64,000 nt of DNA, from assembly GCA_963772365.1 (NCBI GenBank), contig CAVYXA010000001.1, positions 1,312,001-1,376,000 of the forward strand. The letters run 5' to 3'. This document shows, piece by piece, positions 60,210 through 64,000 of the stretch (the stretch's first letter is position 1; every line of letters begins with the position of its first letter). The position numbers and the translations under genes were made by a program. The notes under the pieces are model-generated. The model ran no database searches and had not been told where the DNA came from. It saw only the letters and a program-made list of their open reading frames with translations. This DNA comes from an uncultured Verrucomicrobiae bacterium. GTDB lineage: Bacteria; Verrucomicrobiota; Verrucomicrobiia; Chthoniobacterales; UBA10450.

Positions 60210-61073
60210 TTAGTCCCCTTTTGGCATTTCCGCCGGACGATCGGAAAGCTTCGGCACATTCTTATGCGTCGTTGCGGATGGCGGCTGTTCCGCGATGCCG
60301 CCCCGCACCGCTACGCTACCGTCGCTGGCGCGGAAGAGTCTGGGCCGGCTTGTTGATTCCATGAATGAGGAATGAGCAAGTAGCTCGCCATTCAGTCCGA
60401 TGCGTGAATAGGACCAACTTCGCGGCGCCGAGCAGTGAAGGATGTGGAGTTCATTAGCCTGATCGATCTCGGCCTGAGGAGAATCGACGGCGATGGCGCG
60501 TCCTAACGGGTAAGTCGCGTAAATCATCCCGCTTTCCTTGTCCTCTACTCGCACATACAAAGACGTGTGATCGGCGAATCGATTCGTCAGTAGCGAATAA
60601 GTGCGAGAACTTCTTTCTCCCGGAATACCCACCGTCTTCTGCCAGATCGGACGCGCATCTGTCACTTCGAAAACTTTCGTCGGAGAGTAAAAAAACTTTC
60701 CCAGATCGCCAAAATAAACATGCGCCCGCACATGATAGACGCCAAGATCGTGCACCGGATAAAGCGAAATGATATTGATCCGCTGTGTAATTTTCCTGCC
60801 AGCTTCAATCTTCACCGGCGGCTGAGCCTTCTTGGCCGGAAGTGGTGCGATTGGTTGCCCTTCCTTTTCTGTGATCTCAAACCCAAACCACGCCTGAGCA
60901 TTAGCATCGCGAAGATCGACATCGCGTCCGGCTAGATTAGTGATACTGATCGTCGCCATCACCGGTTCATAGGCGATGTATTGCAATCGCTTCAGCTGCA
61001 GCTCGACATCGATCTGGGCGCGGGCTGTCGTTGTCAGAAACAGGATAGCGGCACCTACAAGGGGGAACTTCAT
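60210..61073 (-). CDS. Hypothetical secreted protein
   Basis: Signal peptide ending ARA; beta-rich; co-oriented 1 nt from the amidase start. Confidence 0.75.
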   Translation of the reverse strand: MKFPLVGAAILFLTTTARAQIDVELQLKRLQYIAYEPVMATISITNLAGRDVDLRDANAQAWFGFEITEKEGQPIAPLPAKKAQPPVKIEAGRKITQRINIISLYPVHDLGVYHVRAHVYFGDLGKFFYSPTKVFEVTDARPIWQKTVGIPGERSSRTYSLLTNRFADHTSLYVRVEDKESGMIYATYPLGRAIAVDSPQAEIDQANELHILHCSAPRSWSYSRIGLNGELLAHSSFMESTSRPRLFRASDGSVAVRGGIAEQPPSATTHKNVPKLSDRPAEMPKGD

Positions 61074-61318
61074 GAAAAAGAGAATATGACTCGTCACATG
61101 AGAAATGGTCCGGCTACTTTCTGCTTGAATTCTGCCTATACAGAATGGGCCGATTCACCCGCCATTCTTTGTCCCTTATGATGCATGGCTACTTCCCTTC
61201 ACAAATTGAATCGCTCCATCGCGTCTGCTAGGACAACACATTTACAGAACATCGACAATATCAAACCGATCGACCATTTTGGACGCCCCGTCGTGCCGGG
61301 GCGCCATGCGCAGTCATA

Positions 61319-62347
61319 TTACTGCGAATTCGGCGATGACGGTGGAAAGAGGGCCAGCAGCCGATCCGGATCGGCTTCGACTGCTTGCAATTCATCGTGG
61401 TAATAGATCCGAATGATATAGCCAAGATAACGTCGCCGGCCGGCATCGCTGGGCGGTGGAGGTGTGGCCTGTTTGCCTTTCCGGCTCGGGTTTACTGAAG
61501 CTGCTGCCGCAGCCAACACGGCATCTGATGATGCGACTTTGTTCTTCGGTCGCAGATAATTCACCTTCAAAATTTCCGCATCGTTGCCCGCCCAATCATG
61601 ATTGCGGGTCACCCATTCATAACTTACATCTGCGTCGGTCAGCTTGATATCCTTGTCGTTAACCGTGTCGTAAAAGAAAACCTGGATTTTTACCTTGGTA
61701 TGATCGACGACGGTGTTCGGCTTCTTCTTCACCGAAACGCGCAGCGTCAGGTTCGTCTCTGCATCCGGATCTGGTTCTTCCGTCGCGCTTACATTGGAGA
61801 TTGTGAATACCGGGCCGCCGGCAGCTGCTTCGCTGGGTTGAGTGACAGGCGGAGCGCCGGTTTTCAAGCGGGCTACGGCAAGATCATAGGCTTCGCCAGC
61901 TGTGGGGCCCAAGTCCTGGATTTTGCGCCAAGTTTCGTTTGATCGATCGAACAATTGCATCCCTTCGTAGGTCTTAGCCATTTCTTCGAGCACTTTCGGA
62001 TTTTTCGGTGCGCGCTCCGCCGCTTGATGCAACCGTGCCAGAGCATTGGTCATGTCTCCCTGGCTACGCAAGGTCACAGCTTGTTGGACCAGGCGATCGG
62101 TTTCCGAGACGGCTGCCGGCGCGTTAGCAACCGGGGGCGGAGATGCCAACGACGAAGGTGGAGCGAATTGCGCGGTCCCGGTTGTTTTTTCGGCAGCGAT
62201 GGGCGCCGGGGCGGCAACATGGAAGTGTCGCAGATAATAGTAGCTCACGGCCAGAATCTCAGCCGCAGCAAAAATCCCAACCAGAGCAAGACCGATGTGA
62301 AAACTTCGATCGGCTCGCGGCGAACTAGATAGGGTCAGGACAGGCAT
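61319..62347 (-). CDS. Membrane-anchored TPR protein
   Basis: N-terminal TM, Pro/Ala linker, TPR-like helices (GDMTNALARLHQAAERAPKNPKVLEEMAKTYE), C-terminal beta domain. Confidence 0.75.
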   Translation of the reverse strand: MPVLTLSSSPRADRSFHIGLALVGIFAAAEILAVSYYYLRHFHVAAPAPIAAEKTTGTAQFAPPSSLASPPPVANAPAAVSETDRLVQQAVTLRSQGDMTNALARLHQAAERAPKNPKVLEEMAKTYEGMQLFDRSNETWRKIQDLGPTAGEAYDLAVARLKTGAPPVTQPSEAAAGGPVFTISNVSATEEPDPDAETNLTLRVSVKKKPNTVVDHTKVKIQVFFYDTVNDKDIKLTDADVSYEWVTRNHDWAGNDAEILKVNYLRPKNKVASSDAVLAAAAASVNPSRKGKQATPPPPSDAGRRRYLGYIIRIYYHDELQAVEADPDRLLALFPPSSPNSQ

Positions 62348-62422
62348 GGCAAAATGTGCATTTCTGTAAACGCTTTTTGGCAAAGCTGTCAACCCTGGGC
62401 ATCCAATGGCCGTTCAAACTGA

Positions 62423-64000
62423 CTACTCCTGCCGAAGCTGATCGAGAGAAATGGTCGGAAGATACTCTCGGAGTTCTTGTCGTTCCCACCAGGCTCCGGT
62501 TTGTCGATGTTGTTCCGCCGTAGTGAAACGATAGCGATAAAACTTTGCCCGAATGAACCGCGGCGGAGCGTCCCGGAATGGATCTCGACCGAGAAGCCGT
62601 TCCACATCGGGCTTGCCTTCAAGCAAACAAATTACCAGCCGAACAAACCATGGATTTTCCCGGGCCGTTCCTAACGCAGCGAACCACATTTGCCAGTCCA
62701 GCCGAGGTTGATGCGGCGCACACCAACTGGGCGCACGCATCACATCGCCCGGTTTCCATTTGAATTCGTAAGGCCTCCACTCGATTCCGTCAGCGCTTCC
62801 TTCAATAATGATCTCGAGTCGATCCTTGGTCATTACCCGGAAGAGGCCATAACCATTGACGATCCGAAACGCTTCCAAATGTGCATACGCGCCGCCGAGC
62901 GGTTTCGGCCACTCGGCTTCTGGTTCGAATGCTGTGAAAATGAGCCACGCGTTGACGGGCAGGGTCACGATCAAAATCGCCACCGCCGCGTACCTCGACA
63001 ATCGATCTGGTAGGGCGCGACCGCCGGGCGCGCCGCGGACGACTCCGCGAACCGTCCCTACCATGGCGTCATCAATTAGTAAAAAGCAAAGGGCGATTGT
63101 GAGGAGATTGAAGAAGCAATAATTGCCTGTGATCGCGATACAGATTTGCAAAACGATCAGCAATCCGGCGGCAATTATCCGGAGTCGTCGCGGCGCCCAG
63201 AGGAAAAACGGAACGATGATTTCCACGATGAGACAAAAAGCGACCGAGAAATGTTTGAACCACTCGGGGCTCTTGTCGGCATACCACGCAAAAACGGTCG
63301 GCAGCGGTTGCGACCAGTAGTGATAATCGAGCGCCGTGAGATTCCACCAGGAGCTATCGCCGCTGGTCAGTTTCACTACGCCCGACATCAAGATCAGTTT
63401 GAAGAGCAAAAATTTGAGCAAGAAAAGTGCGAGCCTCGAAAGCGGGGGTTCCTCTCCTCGCTTTTGCCAAAGCCGCCATGGCGCAAAGGGAATCGCAAAA
63501 AATCCGGCTTCGAGCAGAAGCACGTCCCATTGGAAACTCAGGAATGTTTGGCCCGCGATAGTAAGTGAGAGATAAAAAACGAAGAGGCCGACCAGCGAAA
63601 TCGCGGGCGCGATTCGGAGGATCAGGAGCAGCGAAAGGATTACGCCACCGGCGCAGAGAAAATGCAGAAATGCGTTGCTGGAATTAAGCCAGCATAGCGT
63701 CGGCAGAATCCAAATGGCACGCGAGCCAAGTTCCTGGTGAGCAGCCGGCAGAATCTGACTGATTGGCCAGATTCCGTTCACGCCGATAAGGCCGTCGATC
63801 TGAACCCACAACGAAACGAAAGCGATCAAGTAGATCACTCCGAGCGCGCGAAGAAACCATCGGCGCGCCCAACAATAATTCGGTTGCTGCACATCGGTTC
63901 CCCAGAGCAATCGCGTAATTCCTGACGCAAAACGGCGGTGGCTTGAGATCAGGCTGTAACCGGCTTCGGAAATTGTGGCAAAACCGGGAACGTGTTCGTA
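62423..64000 (-). CDS. Lipase maturation factor (LMF) family protein, 5'-truncated by the window; possibly fused to an N-terminal DCC1-like domain
   Basis: FLRALGVIYLIAF, FLSFQWDVLLLEAGF, YHYWSQPLP, TGNY.FFN, NGYGLF, PHQPRLDWQMWFAAL; the frame stays open to the edge (YEHVPGFATISEAGYSLIS). Confidence 0.93.
   Translation of the reverse strand, partial: YEHVPGFATISEAGYSLISSHRRFASGITRLLWGTDVQQPNYCWARRWFLRALGVIYLIAFVSLWVQIDGLIGVNGIWPISQILPAAHQELGSRAIWILPTLCWLNSSNAFLHFLCAGGVILSLLLILRIAPAISLVGLFVFYLSLTIAGQTFLSFQWDVLLLEAGFFAIPFAPWRLWQKRGEEPPLSRLALFLLKFLLFKLILMSGVVKLTSGDSSWWNLTALDYHYWSQPLPTVFAWYADKSPEWFKHFSVAFCLIVEIIVPFFLWAPRRLRIIAAGLLIVLQICIAITGNYCFFNLLTIALCFLLIDDAMVGTVRGVVRGAPGGRALPDRLSRYAAVAILIVTLPVNAWLIFTAFEPEAEWPKPLGGAYAHLEAFRIVNGYGLFRVMTKDRLEIIIEGSADGIEWRPYEFKWKPGDVMRAPSWCAPHQPRLDWQMWFAALGTARENPWFVRLVICLLEGKPDVERLLGRDPFRDAPPRFIRAKFYRYRFTTAEQHRQTGAWWERQELREYLPTISLDQLRQE
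63009..63062. repeat. 54-bp GTAG-type REP doublet, in frame inside the LMF gene
   Basis: ggtagggcgcgaccgccgggcgcgccg + cggacgactccgcgaaccgtccctacc. Confidence 0.7.

Overview
A 64-kb bacterial chromosomal segment. The gene content (TIGR04138-type and TIGR03790-type proteins, LpxC-FabZ fusion, expanded FG-GAP- and dockerin-tailed secreted proteins) suggests Verrucomicrobiota, probably Spartobacteria/Chthoniobacterales; this is inference, not a database result. Most genes are housekeeping: lpxC-fabZ, lpxA, recN, satP, ispD, fabD, a partial complex I operon (nuoD, fused nuoEF, nuoG, nuoH), nadA, two PilT-type ATPases, infA, ahcY, metK, a SahR-like regulator, hflX, miaA, acpP, nnr and tRNA-Gly(CCC). 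Two accessory clusters encode modular secreted proteins: four FG-GAP-tailed paralogues at 33.3-42.1 kb and two dockerin-tailed genes at 53-56.4 kb. Many single-base frameshifts, including in essential fabD and infA, look like sequencing errors. The most notable signal is a dense layer of small palindromic elements. (i) Two GxxExxY nuclease genes are each bracketed by their own 29-bp inverted repeat built from short tandem units and sit at stop codons inside conserved operons; 'empty' hairpins of the same architecture occur at other gene junctions. (ii) REP-like palindromes are inserted in frame in protein-coding genes (108 bp in an MBL hydrolase, 54 bp in an LMF protein). (iii) A truncated Y1 transposase lies between REP-like inverted repeats. 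(iv) An internally deleted ISLre2-like element and a related MITE both retain target-site duplications. No CRISPR array, reverse transcriptase, prophage or rRNA was seen.
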